Origin: Minisyncoccota bacterium
GTDB lineage: Bacteria > Patescibacteriota > Minisyncoccia > Phycocordibacterales > UBA1006
NCBI GenBank assembly: GCA_036405175.1
Contig: DASWYC010000002.1
Coordinates: forward strand, 321,700 to 385,699
Direction: 5' to 3'
DNA length: 64,000 nt
Part shown: positions 20,648 to 30,538 of the stretch, piece after piece
Position numbering within the stretch: the first letter of the stretch is position 1
Layout of the letters: each line of letters starts with the position of its first letter
Program-made: the position numbers and the translations under genes
The notes under the pieces: generated by a model
Database searches by the model: none
The model's input: only the letters and a program-made list of their open reading frames with translations
Told to the model about the DNA's origin: nothing

Positions 20648-22111
20648 TTATTCCTCAATCTTTTGCTTTACTAACGGAAACAACGTAACATCACGCAAGG
20701 TCTTTCCTTCTAAAATTGCAAAGAGGCGTTCTCCAAATCCAAACCCACAGGTTGGCGGCATGCCGTATTCAAGCATATCCACAAATTCCCATTCAGGCAT
20801 CATTGCTTCATCATCACCCCGTTCAATCAACTGCTGCTGTTCTTCAAAACGAGCACGCTGATCAATGGGATCATTCAACTCAGAAAATCCATTTCCCACT
20901 TCTGTTCCCGCAATGATTGGCTGGAATCGTTCTGTTTTGCGAGGATCAGATTCTAGGCGCTTTGAAAGCGGAGAAACTAATACTGGATGATGCACTAAAA
21001 ATGCTGGTCCAGAAATTTGCTTGCGGCAATACTTCCACAATGAATCAATCATTCTTTCGCGAGTAGTTCCATCAAACTTTACCCCAAGCTCTTTGAGTTT
21101 TTCTAAAATAATTTCGTCCGCATCGTCAAAAATATTAATGCCGGTTCGTTTTTGAACTTCTTCTGCATAATCAAGTTCAACCCATTCATCTGCTAAATTA
21201 AATGTGTGACCTTTTGATTCAAATTGAGTAGTTCCCCAAACTTCTTGTGCAAGTTTAAGGTACAAATCACGTACCACTTTCATTCCTTTTTTATAGTCGC
21301 TATATGCCTCGTAGTATTCAAGGTTAGTAAATTCCTGCAAGTGATCTGGGCTACTTCCTTCATTTCTATACACACGTCCAATTTCAAACGTCTTTGGCAG
21401 CATTCCCGCCATCAAACGCTTTTGCCACAATTCTCCCACGGAAATTCTTAAATATACATCAACATCATAATCTTTATGATGCGTTTTAAATGGATTTGCT
21501 TCTGCTCCTCCAGTGGTTACTTCTAACGTTGGTGTTTCAACTTCGGTAAAATTTTTATCCAAAAAGAACTGGCGGGTCACATTCCAAAACTTTGAACGGC
21601 GCGCAAACATGGCGCGCATCTCCGGATCAATAGCCAAAGAAAGATAGCGCTTACGAAGCTGCTCTTCTTGATCAGCAAGTCCATACCAAGAATCAGGTAA
21701 CGGCATAAGCGACTTGGTAAGCATATTCCAATTTGAAATCATCAAACTTTGTTCACCGCGTTTAGTAACAAATACTGTTCCGGTAACTTCAATAAAGTCA
21801 CTCGTGTCAACCGTATTTACAAATAAATCAAAAACTTGTTCTTCAATTTCGTCCTTTTTTAATACCGCCTGAAATTGTGCAGTTCCATCACTTAGTACCA
21901 CAAACAAAATTCCTCCTTGTCCGCGGATTGCCACTACACGTCCAGCTAACACTACAATGTCTTGAGAAGATTCAAGTGTTGAAAATTGTTCAATCACTTC
22001 AGCAAGTGTATGAGTCATGTCAGTATGTGCCTGATACGGATTCATACCCGCCTGCTTAAGGAGTTCAAGTTTAGGAATACGCGCGTCGATAATTTCTTGC
22101 TTTGATGCCAT
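20648..22111 (-). CDS. lysS: lysine--tRNA ligase (class II)
   Basis: OB anticodon-binding N-term, class II motifs incl. FEIGRVYRNEG. Confidence 0.9.
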   Translation of the reverse strand: MASKQEIIDARIPKLELLKQAGMNPYQAHTDMTHTLAEVIEQFSTLESSQDIVVLAGRVVAIRGQGGILFVVLSDGTAQFQAVLKKDEIEEQVFDLFVNTVDTSDFIEVTGTVFVTKRGEQSLMISNWNMLTKSLMPLPDSWYGLADQEEQLRKRYLSLAIDPEMRAMFARRSKFWNVTRQFFLDKNFTEVETPTLEVTTGGAEANPFKTHHKDYDVDVYLRISVGELWQKRLMAGMLPKTFEIGRVYRNEGSSPDHLQEFTNLEYYEAYSDYKKGMKVVRDLYLKLAQEVWGTTQFESKGHTFNLADEWVELDYAEEVQKRTGINIFDDADEIILEKLKELGVKFDGTTRERMIDSLWKYCRKQISGPAFLVHHPVLVSPLSKRLESDPRKTERFQPIIAGTEVGNGFSELNDPIDQRARFEEQQQLIERGDDEAMMPEWEFVDMLEYGMPPTCGFGFGERLFAILEGKTLRDVTLFPLVKQKIEE

Positions 22112-22114
22112 ATA

Positions 22115-22570
22115 TTATGAGATTGAAATAATTTCGTAAATAGTTTCTCCTGAGGGAGACTGAACCGAGAATCGTTCACCTTCTCCACGACCTTTCATTG
22201 CTGCACCAATTGGTGACGCTAATGAAATACGCCCCGTAGCAACATCAACTTCCTCTTGTCCAACAATAGTAAAATCACGGGTGGTGCCATCAGTAGTTTT
22301 CTTCACCGTAACCACCGCACCATAGGCAACAGAGGTATTCTTTTTTCCAGCAGCAATAACTTTTGCCTCCTTAATCATCTGCTCAAGCTCACCAATGCGA
22401 AACTCATTAGCTTTTTGTTGGTCTAATGCACCGTGGTATTCAGAATTTTCCTTCAAATCACCGTATTCTTTTGCAGTACGAACACTATCACTAATTTTTG
22501 CACGTACAACTTCTTTACGATTACGCAATTCATCTTTAAGTGTATCGAGATGCTCCTGAGACATTTCCAT
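22115..22570 (-). CDS. greA: transcription elongation factor GreA
   Basis: coiled-coil N-term with conserved D/E tip region (DLKENSEYH), FKBP-like C-term. Confidence 0.9.
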   Translation of the reverse strand: MEMSQEHLDTLKDELRNRKEVVRAKISDSVRTAKEYGDLKENSEYHGALDQQKANEFRIGELEQMIKEAKVIAAGKKNTSVAYGAVVTVKKTTDGTTRDFTIVGQEEVDVATGRISLASPIGAAMKGRGEGERFSVQSPSGETIYEIISIS

Positions 22571-22604
22571 AATGCTTACATCATAATAATTTTACAGAAT
22601 CAAG

Positions 22605-23819
22605 TCAATGAAGAGTATTATCAATCACAATGCGTATATCCTCAGCATTATCCGGCACATTGGTAAGCCAAAACGGCTGCAATTGAACACGAACACTTTC
22701 TATTGGAAAGTTTTTAGCACTCAAAAGACTGCGAATACGAGCAATTGGTTGGCCATTAATAGCTGCAACAATTGCCTGTTCATCAGGCTTTCGCACAAAT
22801 ACGGTTTCACTTTGCTGAACAATATATGGCTGACTACCATCAAATGTCAGAATAAATTCCGGCAGCGATTTTTCTAATTGACGAACCATTACGTTACGCA
22901 CCGTCTCAATTGGCAATGTTGATTGGTTGTATACATATGAATACCAATCGTTCTTTTTCATAAGATAAATTTGATATGTTCCACGGAGTGAAATCTCGGG
23001 AGTTTTTAATAGTGTATTGATATTTGGCTCATCATATGCGAGTGAGCTTTTATTATCGATCTTAAACGCACCCGTAAGTGATAACGAGTACGCTTTTTCT
23101 TGGAGAACAAATTGAAGTTCTTTTTTAAGCTCCTCAACAATCTTATCTTCTGCAGCATCATTCATGAGTGGCTTATCTCCCACAAATCCTCCAGCAATTC
23201 CATTTTCTTGTACGATAGCATATTGAAGCGATATGCGAGGATCATTACGCTCATACCATGCGTTCACCTGAAGGGTTGTATCTTTTTTTAGATTATATTC
23301 TTGCCCCGGTTCGAGTGCCTCAATCGTTGCTAATGTTTTTGAAGGTGCAGCAGGTGTTCCTGATGGAAGTACGATCTTTTCTCCCACCAATGCGTAGAGC
23401 TTCTTCGTGGTTGGATTAATGAACTTTGTCCCCTCGGTAAAAAGTTGCGTGGTTGGATTGGTATTGGTGATAGAAATCACTCCCCTACTTTTTGTTGAAA
23501 CGTATTCTGTTGGAAGATTTTCAATGGCACGTTTTGCCGTGTATTCAAAATTTACGGGAACAATTGGGATGGTAGTAAGCGCCGGTTGATTCTCCATGTT
23601 AATAGAAGCCACTTCATATGCCGGTGCCTGATTATTGCTGTCAAACGGAACTTTTTCTGGGGTGATAATCAGGGTGATTTTTTGATAGTGATTTCCTAAA
23701 TAATAACAACCGGACAAGATTGCAAGTGTTCCAAGAATGATGGCCCATGTGCGTGTTCGAGAGCGAACAACTTTTGCTTCCTGATCACGAGTCTTTTTGA
23801 GAGGCGTATTCGTGCGCAT
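22605..23819 (-). CDS. hypothetical bitopic membrane protein (about 400 aa, N-terminal TM, large extracytoplasmic domain)
   Basis: intact ORF; no recognisable motif; start probably at internal MRTNTPLKK. Confidence 0.5.
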   Translation of the reverse strand: MRTNTPLKKTRDQEAKVVRSRTRTWAIILGTLAILSGCYYLGNHYQKITLIITPEKVPFDSNNQAPAYEVASINMENQPALTTIPIVPVNFEYTAKRAIENLPTEYVSTKSRGVISITNTNPTTQLFTEGTKFINPTTKKLYALVGEKIVLPSGTPAAPSKTLATIEALEPGQEYNLKKDTTLQVNAWYERNDPRISLQYAIVQENGIAGGFVGDKPLMNDAAEDKIVEELKKELQFVLQEKAYSLSLTGAFKIDNKSSLAYDEPNINTLLKTPEISLRGTYQIYLMKKNDWYSYVYNQSTLPIETVRNVMVRQLEKSLPEFILTFDGSQPYIVQQSETVFVRKPDEQAIVAAINGQPIARIRSLLSAKNFPIESVRVQLQPFWLTNVPDNAEDIRIVIDNTLH

Positions 23820-23916
23820 AATCGTAGTACAGTATACAATAATCCCGACTGGGCGGACATACAAAAGAGCACCTTTTACCATAAAGGTGCTCCTGAAACG
23901 GGTAAATTGAATACCC

Positions 23917-24417
23917 CTAACTAAAACCTAATTTATTTGCCCAGGACTCATTCATGTCAAATAAATCATCCAGCTTAAATCTTTCTGAGCGTGGAAAGAA
24001 TATTTTTTCCAAGATATGCAACACTATGTACACAATGTTGAAAACTAAAACACAGACCCATGCAGTCACGAACATAGAGATTGCAAGCCCTACGAGAGTT
24101 CCTAAGAAGCCGACCACAATATAAGGAAAGAACAATGACACTACTGGATCATTAGGGTATAACCAATAAGGACCCGTGCACACCATTTCGATCTTTATGA
24201 TAGATGCAATGAATATACAGAATCCCGTCACCATAAAACCATCAGGTATCTCGCATACTGTGGCGATAACTAAAGCTGCTCCCAAAATTATCCCCTGCCA
24301 TTTTGCAAACCGTTCTATCTCAGTAACGTACGTAAAGTCTATTCCTGTGTAAAATAGATAGTTAACCAAAAGTAACCCTACAATGAGGAGAAACTCCACT
24401 ATTGGATTTGGTTTCAT
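23917..24417 (-). CDS. hypothetical polytopic membrane protein (about 5 TM)
   Basis: 166 aa dominated by hydrophobic helices. Confidence 0.5.
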   Translation of the reverse strand: MKPNPIVEFLLIVGLLLVNYLFYTGIDFTYVTEIERFAKWQGIILGAALVIATVCEIPDGFMVTGFCIFIASIIKIEMVCTGPYWLYPNDPVVSLFFPYIVVGFLGTLVGLAISMFVTAWVCVLVFNIVYIVLHILEKIFFPRSERFKLDDLFDMNESWANKLGFS

Positions 24418-24478
24418 TTTTCTTAATTTGGTTTAGTAAAAAAATAAGTTTATTTAAACTAACTATACTAACCAAAAA

Positions 24479-26365
24479 TTAGTCAGTCAATGACGCTTTG
24501 ATTCTTCGCACGCCTTGTGATGAAGCTTCTTCTTTCAAAATCTTAAACGTTCCCAAATCAGCAGTATTGGTTGCATGTGGTCCTCCACAGAATTCTTTAC
24601 TAATTGCATGCTCAATATCATTTCCAATCACATATACAGAAACAACCTCCGGATATTTTGCACCAAATTCCATTTCTGCTCCAATCTTTTCCGCCTCTTC
24701 TTTTTTCATTTCATGACGCGTCATCGGCAAACCTTCTTTGATCCATGTATTCACAAGTTCTTCAACTTCTTTTAGTTGCTCAGCGGTAACTTTTTCTGGA
24801 TGAGAAAAATCAATACGTAAACGCTCCTCGGTAATATTTGAACCTTTTTGATGAACATGTGATCCCAAAACTTTTTGCAGCGCTGCCAACAACAGGTGAT
24901 GAGCAGTGTGCAGTTTAATAGTTGCTTCTTTTGAATCTTCAAGTCCACCCTTAAAGCGCGCTTCTCCTCCCACGCGAGACATTTCCTGGTGAGCAGCTTT
25001 TGCCTTTTCAAATTCTTCTTTATTAATTGAAATTCCGTTCTCTTTAAGAAGTTCTTCGGTTAACTCATACGGAAATCCGTGTGTCTCATACAATTCAAAC
25101 ACAAGAGCTCCTGACGCCATACCAGAATGTGAAAGATCTTTAATATGTTCAAGTTCCTTCATTCCTTTTACAATAACTTTTCTAAAGCGCTCTTCTTCAA
25201 GAAGCAATTCATTCAAAATTGATTCTTTATTAGTTTTAAGGAAGTCGTAATAATCCCCGAATGAGCTAATAATTTCTTCTGCAATTAATTTGATAGCTCC
25301 TTCGCCTGCACCAATCACATCAAGGTAACGCACCACGCGACGAATCAATCGACGGGTAAAATATCCCTGATCTTTTTTTGAAGGAATCACACCTTGCCCA
25401 AGCAAAAAGGTTGCTCCACGAATATGATCAAGAATGATTCTGTATGATTTAGTGTATTGTTCATTGTGATAGCTGGTTCCAGAAATTTTTTCAAGTACTT
25501 CAATACCATTTCCAAATGCATCAGTCTCAAATACATCTGCAATATTATTGATTGCTGCCGTCATGCGCTCAAGCCCTCCTCCAAAATCAACATTCTTGTT
25601 TTTTAATTCTTCAAAACCGTTTTCAGTTTTAATGAATTGCATAAACACATTGTTTCCAATTTCAATAAAGCGTCCACAGTCACAGTTTGGATGACAAGGC
25701 TCATCTTTCCATTCACTATTAGCATGCAAACCTTTTTCAAGAGTTGGATCAAAATCAAAAAACATTTCTGTGTCTCCTCCTCCCGGTTCACCGTTTGGCA
25801 TATTAGCTGGTGCACCTACGCGACTCCACCAGTTCTTTCTATCTCCATAAAAGAAAATTCTTTCACCTTCTTTCATACCATTAGTTGGAGTTTCAGAAAT
25901 TTCAGCAGTAATTCCTACTGATGCAAAGAGCTCCTTCCACAATGCTGCAGCTTCATTATCTTTTGGAAGTCCGAGCGATTCGTTTCCGCTGTAACAAGAA
26001 ATATATAAATTATGAGGATCAAGACCTTGTTCTTGTATCAAAAATTCAAACATCCAGTTGATCTGTTCGGTTTTAAAATATTCTCCAAAACTCCAGTTAC
26101 CAAGCATTTCAAAAAATGTGGTGTGACGATTATCTCCAATCTCTTCAATATCTTCCGCACGGAAACAAATTTGGGAATCTGAAATTCGAGTACCCATTGG
26201 ATGTTTTTCTCCCAGCAAGTACGGAAGCATTGGCTGCATTCCTGATCCGGTAAAAAGGGTTGTTGGATCGTTATTAGGAACAATAGACGAAGAAGGCACA
26301 ATCACATGCCCTTTTGACGCCATAAAATCAAGATATTTTGAACGAATAGTATGTACGGAAATCAT
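24479..26365 (-). CDS. alaS: alanine--tRNA ligase, short form lacking C-Ala domain
   Basis: catalytic core motifs (FTGSGM, RHTTFFEMLGNWSFGEYFK), editing-domain HxxxH (HTAHHLL) and CxxxH (CGGPHA); about 630 aa. Confidence 0.85.
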   Translation of the reverse strand: MISVHTIRSKYLDFMASKGHVIVPSSSIVPNNDPTTLFTGSGMQPMLPYLLGEKHPMGTRISDSQICFRAEDIEEIGDNRHTTFFEMLGNWSFGEYFKTEQINWMFEFLIQEQGLDPHNLYISCYSGNESLGLPKDNEAAALWKELFASVGITAEISETPTNGMKEGERIFFYGDRKNWWSRVGAPANMPNGEPGGGDTEMFFDFDPTLEKGLHANSEWKDEPCHPNCDCGRFIEIGNNVFMQFIKTENGFEELKNKNVDFGGGLERMTAAINNIADVFETDAFGNGIEVLEKISGTSYHNEQYTKSYRIILDHIRGATFLLGQGVIPSKKDQGYFTRRLIRRVVRYLDVIGAGEGAIKLIAEEIISSFGDYYDFLKTNKESILNELLLEEERFRKVIVKGMKELEHIKDLSHSGMASGALVFELYETHGFPYELTEELLKENGISINKEEFEKAKAAHQEMSRVGGEARFKGGLEDSKEATIKLHTAHHLLLAALQKVLGSHVHQKGSNITEERLRIDFSHPEKVTAEQLKEVEELVNTWIKEGLPMTRHEMKKEEAEKIGAEMEFGAKYPEVVSVYVIGNDIEHAISKEFCGGPHATNTADLGTFKILKEEASSQGVRRIKASLTD

Positions 26366-26451
26366 TGCTTTATTGTACAGATTTTTGGGAATAAAAAAAG
26401 AGCCATCTGAATTATTCCAGAATGGCCCAAGCAAGAAATAGTCGAAAGAAC

Positions 26452-26970
26452 TTACCCTAAACGCCTATAGAAAAATGCAACGTGCGTTGCCACTTCCAGA
26501 ACTTTCTCATTCTTGATAATTGTGGAGTCTGTAAGAACTTTCCAATGAATATGAGTATCAGTCACCAATGACTTTCTCACTATAGCCCTTCCTTTTGTGG
26601 AGTTCATCATAACTATACCCTCTGGAAGATCTCCTGCATTATGAGGGTCTCCAAATATTATATTTATTTCACTCAGGGTTAAGTCGCAAGCCTCTTTGTC
26701 CTTTTGTGTAATAAATTCCTCCAATGTATCCATAGAAACAAAATGAGGAATTAAATACACTTGTATCACTCCCTTAAATCCAGTGCCTGCTGAAGATAAA
26801 TCAAATGCAGACGCAAGCCTAAAATCTTTAAGTGTGATCTGATTGGTAAGTTGTTCAGTTAGTTGCCTAACCTTATTTCTTAAACGATAGATAACACAAC
26901 CTGCACCTAAACCTAAAAAGAAGACAACAATGCCTGCTGTCAGAATAATACCCAAAGTATCCTTATCCAT
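26452..26970 (-). CDS. hypothetical membrane-anchored protein
   Basis: 172 aa, N-terminal TM; no recognisable motif. Confidence 0.45.
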   Translation of the reverse strand: MDKDTLGIILTAGIVVFFLGLGAGCVIYRLRNKVRQLTEQLTNQITLKDFRLASAFDLSSAGTGFKGVIQVYLIPHFVSMDTLEEFITQKDKEACDLTLSEINIIFGDPHNAGDLPEGIVMMNSTKGRAIVRKSLVTDTHIHWKVLTDSTIIKNEKVLEVATHVAFFYRRLG

Positions 26971-27186
26971 AATATGTAATTGTTTAAATTGTGAACGATA
27001 GTAAATTTATACCATAAAATATTAAAATATCAAGACTACCATATATCTTGTAAAAACCAGCTTTTTATGCCATACTAATCCCACTCTTACATATTGTTTT
27101 AAAGGCTTTTTACAAGCTTTTGCCCCACCAAGGGTTCATGAGGAGCCTCGCGCTCACCTCAGCAAGATGAAAGAAAATTAATCATA

Positions 27187-27894
27187 ATGAGCTCGGCACG
27201 TATTACGTGCTGCAACTCACCATACATTTCTACTATGTTAGAAAAACTCTACGAAGCAGGAGCACAGTACGGCTACTCAAAATCACGCCGTCACCCTTCT
27301 ACCACCAATTTCATTTTTGGTTCACGCAACCGATTTGATATTATCAACCTTGAAAAAACCGAGGAGCAACTCAAAAGTGCAATCAACTTCTTGAAATCAA
27401 TCCGTTCAACCGGAAAGCTCATGGTGCTTGTTGGAACCAAGCCAGAATCTCGCAATATTATTAAGAACATTGCAGAACGCGTTAACGCACCGTTTGTTAA
27501 TGAACGATGGATTGGAGGAACTCTTACCAACTTCTCAGAAATCCAGCGCCGTATTGCTATCTTGAATGATCTTGAAGCAAAGAAGGCTTCTAACGATTTG
27601 GTATTCAAGACTAAAAAGGAAAAGCTTATGCTTCTCCGTAAGATTGATAACCTTAACGTAACCTTTGGAGGACTTCGCTCAATGCAAGCTGTTCCAGGTG
27701 TACTTATTGTTGTTGATCCAAAGAAAGAATCTATTGCCGTTGAAGAAGCTCGTCGTAAGAATATTCCGGTTATTGCAATTGCAAACACCGACTGCGATAT
27801 TTCAACGCTCGACTTCCCAATCGTAATGAACGATGCATCAAAGAAGTCTGTTGAAGCAGCGCTCAATCTTCTTATCAACGAGGTAGTACAATAG
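27187..27894 (+). CDS. rpsB: 30S ribosomal protein S2
   Basis: full-length S2 similarity (MLEKLYEAGAQYGYSKSRRHP...); followed by tsf. Confidence 0.9.
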   Translation: MSSARITCCNSPYISTMLEKLYEAGAQYGYSKSRRHPSTTNFIFGSRNRFDIINLEKTEEQLKSAINFLKSIRSTGKLMVLVGTKPESRNIIKNIAERVNAPFVNERWIGGTLTNFSEIQRRIAILNDLEAKKASNDLVFKTKKEKLMLLRKIDNLNVTFGGLRSMQAVPGVLIVVDPKKESIAVEEARRKNIPVIAIANTDCDISTLDFPIVMNDASKKSVEAALNLLINEVVQ

Positions 27895-27925
27895 ACCTAC
27901 CATATTCGTAACCATACATATATTT

Positions 27926-28381
27926 ATGTCAATTTCAGTTGAAGATATTAAAACCCTTCGTGATGAGACCGGAATCTCAATGCAGAAATGCAAAGAAGCG
28001 CTTGAAAAAACCAATGGAAACATTGACGAAGCTCGCGCACTTTTGAAAGAAGAATCAGGAAAAGCAGCTGCTAAAAAAGCAGATCGCGAGTTTGGAGCAG
28101 GAGCCATCTTTACCTATGTTCATGCAACCAAAACTATTGGAACCATGATTGAACTCCTTTGCGAAACCGACTTTGTTGCAAAGAACGAAGTATTTGAAGA
28201 ACTCGGCAACAACATTGCGCTTCATGTAACAGCAATGAGCTCTACCGAGGAATCAATTCGTTCAGAAGGATTTGTGAAGGATCCAGAAACTACCATTGAA
28301 ACCTTGCTTGCTCAGGCAACTCAAAAGCTTGGAGAGCGTGTTGACATTGGACGCATTGCTCGTTTTGCAGTGCTCGACTAA
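27926..28381 (+). CDS. tsf: elongation factor Ts (short, 151 aa)
   Basis: UBA-like N-term (TLRDETGISMQKCKEALEKTNGNIDEARALLKE) and partial dimerisation core; classic rpsB-tsf order. Confidence 0.85.
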   Translation: MSISVEDIKTLRDETGISMQKCKEALEKTNGNIDEARALLKEESGKAAAKKADREFGAGAIFTYVHATKTIGTMIELLCETDFVAKNEVFEELGNNIALHVTAMSSTEESIRSEGFVKDPETTIETLLAQATQKLGERVDIGRIARFAVLD

Positions 28382-28386
28382 TTAGT

Positions 28387-28680
28387 ATGATGATCGTGTG
28401 GATAGCGCTTTTGGTGTTGTGGCTTACGCTGATAATTATGGGCGTAATGATCTATCAACAACCGGGCGCTATGCCGCATGAACGTCATTCACTTCACGAA
28501 TATCGCTTTGGAAACTATTGGTTTTCGGTTGACTATCTAAGGATTTTTACTACAATAAGAACACATCTCAAACGAATACAGCGTTTCTGGAAACGAGTGC
28601 TGGTCATCAATAGCCACAAAGTTGTTGATAAGCTGCATAAAGTTTCTAAGAAGCACGTTGATATTCTTGAGCAGCAATAA
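28387..28680 (+). CDS. hypothetical small membrane protein
   Basis: 97 aa, N-terminal TM, basic C-terminus. Confidence 0.4.
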   Translation: MMIVWIALLVLWLTLIIMGVMIYQQPGAMPHERHSLHEYRFGNYWFSVDYLRIFTTIRTHLKRIQRFWKRVLVINSHKVVDKLHKVSKKHVDILEQQ

Positions 28681-28694
28681 TTTGCTGAAAACGC

Positions 28695-28770
28695 GCCGGC
28701 GTAGCTCAGTTGGTAGAGCAACGGTTTTGTAAACCGTAGGTCATCGGTTCGAGCCCGATCTCCGGCTCCA
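28695..28770 (+). tRNA. tRNA-Thr (anticodon UGU)
   Basis: cloverleaf read by hand: D-arm gctcagttggtagagc, anticodon stem acggt/accgt with loop ttTGTaa, T-arm atcggttcgagcccgat, CCA encoded. Confidence 0.85.
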
Positions 28771-28773
28771 TTG

Positions 28774-28805
28774 AAAAATTCCCCAATTTCTGTTGGGGAA
28801 TTTTT
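28774..28805 (+). terminator. rho-independent terminator after tRNA-Thr
   Basis: aaaaattccccaa/ttggggaattttt 13-bp perfect stem. Confidence 0.65.
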
Positions 28806-28872
28806 CAATTGACTTTTGATCTGTTTAAATATACAGTTCAAGTGAATTTGTCACCTTCTAAACTTTACAACA

Positions 28873-29331
28873 ATGTTAAATCTCATTAAAAGGGATAGAC
28901 CCGTATCTTCTGGTCGCGCGCCCTATGCTTTACCTGTTAACGATAGTGAGAAAAAAGAAATGACCGCAAGAATGTTCGAACTCATCAAAAAGCAATTCCC
29001 ATTATTTTTTAGCGAACAATACACAGTGGGGGGATTTGCATTCCGCATCCTCAAAAAACCATGTTCGTTTGATCAGCTAGAAACTTTTCTACAAATTTCC
29101 ACCCGACTAATTTCGGAAAAGAATGAATCTCAACTACTAGAGCTTGTCCAACTCTTAAAAAGAGAAAATATTATCACTTCGCGAAACACCATCTATTTAA
29201 TTTCAGGCAAACCTCCGACAAAGAATTTTTCTTACTTTGACAAGAATGGTCTTCAAGTTTTATTCTTTGGAGATACTTCTAACGTTGGAAGCTACCAAAT
29301 ACCCTCCGGTTCAATAATTTTTCTCACGTAG
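28873..29331 (+). CDS. hypothetical protein (152 aa)
   Basis: intact ORF in AT-rich segment; no recognisable domain. Confidence 0.5.
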   Translation: MLNLIKRDRPVSSGRAPYALPVNDSEKKEMTARMFELIKKQFPLFFSEQYTVGGFAFRILKKPCSFDQLETFLQISTRLISEKNESQLLELVQLLKRENIITSRNTIYLISGKPPTKNFSYFDKNGLQVLFFGDTSNVGSYQIPSGSIIFLT

Positions 29332-29343
29332 TTTTGGGTTAAG

Positions 29344-29379
29344 TATAAATACCGCTTTTAAATTAAAGCGGTATTTATA
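29344..29379. terminator. bidirectional terminator between convergent genes
   Basis: tataaataccgcttt/aaagcggtatttata 15-bp perfect stem. Confidence 0.55.
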
Positions 29380-29396
29380 ATCTTGTTGATGCAGAT

Positions 29397-29687
29397 TTAT
29401 TTTTTGTTTTCTTTATTCTTCCATCCACACCATTTGATCAGATGGATGATTAATTTATATACTGCCGCAACCCCGAACAGTCCATAAACAACCTTTGCTA
29501 AAAATCCATAACCAAACAAAAATTCTACAAGATTAAAATTCCACAATCCGTAAAGCGACCAATTGATTCCTCCAATAACTAAGATAATAAGTGTTACGCG
29601 TTTGAGCACATGCCAATGCGAGTGGCATCCGCATGCGCCACATTCTTTACATTCCCCTTCTTTGCAAATTTCACAGGTGTTTTTCAT
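29397..29687 (-). CDS. DUF378-family small membrane protein with N-terminal Cys-rich (CxxC x4) extension
   Basis: C-terminal 65 aa match the DUF378 pattern (GGINWSLYGL..NLVE.LFG....VYGLFGVAAVY); N-term CEICKEGECKECGACGCHSH. Confidence 0.6.
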   Translation of the reverse strand: MKNTCEICKEGECKECGACGCHSHWHVLKRVTLIILVIGGINWSLYGLWNFNLVEFLFGYGFLAKVVYGLFGVAAVYKLIIHLIKWCGWKNKENKK

Positions 29688-29711
29688 ATATTACAAGTAT
29701 ATAACAAAAAA

Positions 29712-29742
29712 TAAGACCTCTTCTAATTTAGAAAAGGTCTTA
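29712..29742 (-). terminator. terminator downstream of kinase gene
   Basis: taagacctcttcta/tagaaaaggtctta stem followed by T-run on minus strand. Confidence 0.55.
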
Positions 29743-29773
29743 CACTTAAAACTTTTTACTTTCTTCTAATAAA

Positions 29774-30535
29774 TTAAATATTAAGCCCCTGACCTATTTG
29801 AACAGCCTGTAAGATTAAAGGAAATATTCTTTCATTTGTTTCTTCGATAGTATCAGTAGGGTTACATTTAATTTTCATAACCGAAACTCCATAGGCCTGC
29901 ATTGCTCCTAAAACAATACCTATTTCATTTTTATCTCTTAAAATTCTCTTATCCACAGCAGTATCAGAGGCATCATCAGGTCTATTTAGAAGCTCTGCAC
30001 GCGCCTTAATTCTTTTACGACATTCTTCCTCCTCTAATTCAAGATAAATAGCGGTTCTCAGAATATTCTTTTTAAAGAATTTAGGTCGCCTTTTAGCATC
30101 TTCCTGAAGAGATTTAAAAAATTGAACGGGAATTTGAACCTGTTCAAAGTTTCTTTCAAATCCAACATTAAAAACAACCTCCGGATTATATACTTGCAAT
30201 GCTCCTGCATAAACATTGTATATAAAACTATTTGATAACATTGTTCCAGAATTTTTAACTTCTGCTGAATTAGAACGAGCAAATTCAGTCTGAAGCAAAA
30301 ACATAGCTTCTTCTTTATTGGTATATTCTGACCTGGACATTTTTTCAAAAATAATACCACTTCCTAAGTGCGCAGAGTTGCGCCCCATACTTATTAGTTT
30401 TTCATTAGCAAGTTTTGCTTGAGTATCTTTTCCAGAACCAGACATACCTATAATAGATATTTGAGTTTCCAGATTAAGCAAATCTAAATTGTCTATAAAA
30501 AACTTTGGTCGGAGTTTAATGTCTTGTAATTCCAT
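29774..30535 (-). CDS. divergent adenylate-kinase-like P-loop nucleoside-monophosphate kinase
   Basis: P-loop ISIIGMSGSGKDTQA (cf. adk GxPGxGKGTQ), downstream RPDD...R motif resembling AK core; 253 aa with extra N-terminal 25 aa; low GC. Confidence 0.55.
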   Translation of the reverse strand: MELQDIKLRPKFFIDNLDLLNLETQISIIGMSGSGKDTQAKLANEKLISMGRNSAHLGSGIIFEKMSRSEYTNKEEAMFLLQTEFARSNSAEVKNSGTMLSNSFIYNVYAGALQVYNPEVVFNVGFERNFEQVQIPVQFFKSLQEDAKRRPKFFKKNILRTAIYLELEEEECRKRIKARAELLNRPDDASDTAVDKRILRDKNEIGIVLGAMQAYGVSVMKIKCNPTDTIEETNERIFPLILQAVQIGQGLNI

Positions 30536-30538
30536 TTT

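Noticed and set aside
28533-28841. 102-aa minus-strand ORF from the ORF track
   Set aside because: It lies antisense across tRNA-Thr and its terminator hairpin. The protein text is low-complexity, so I treat it as spurious.
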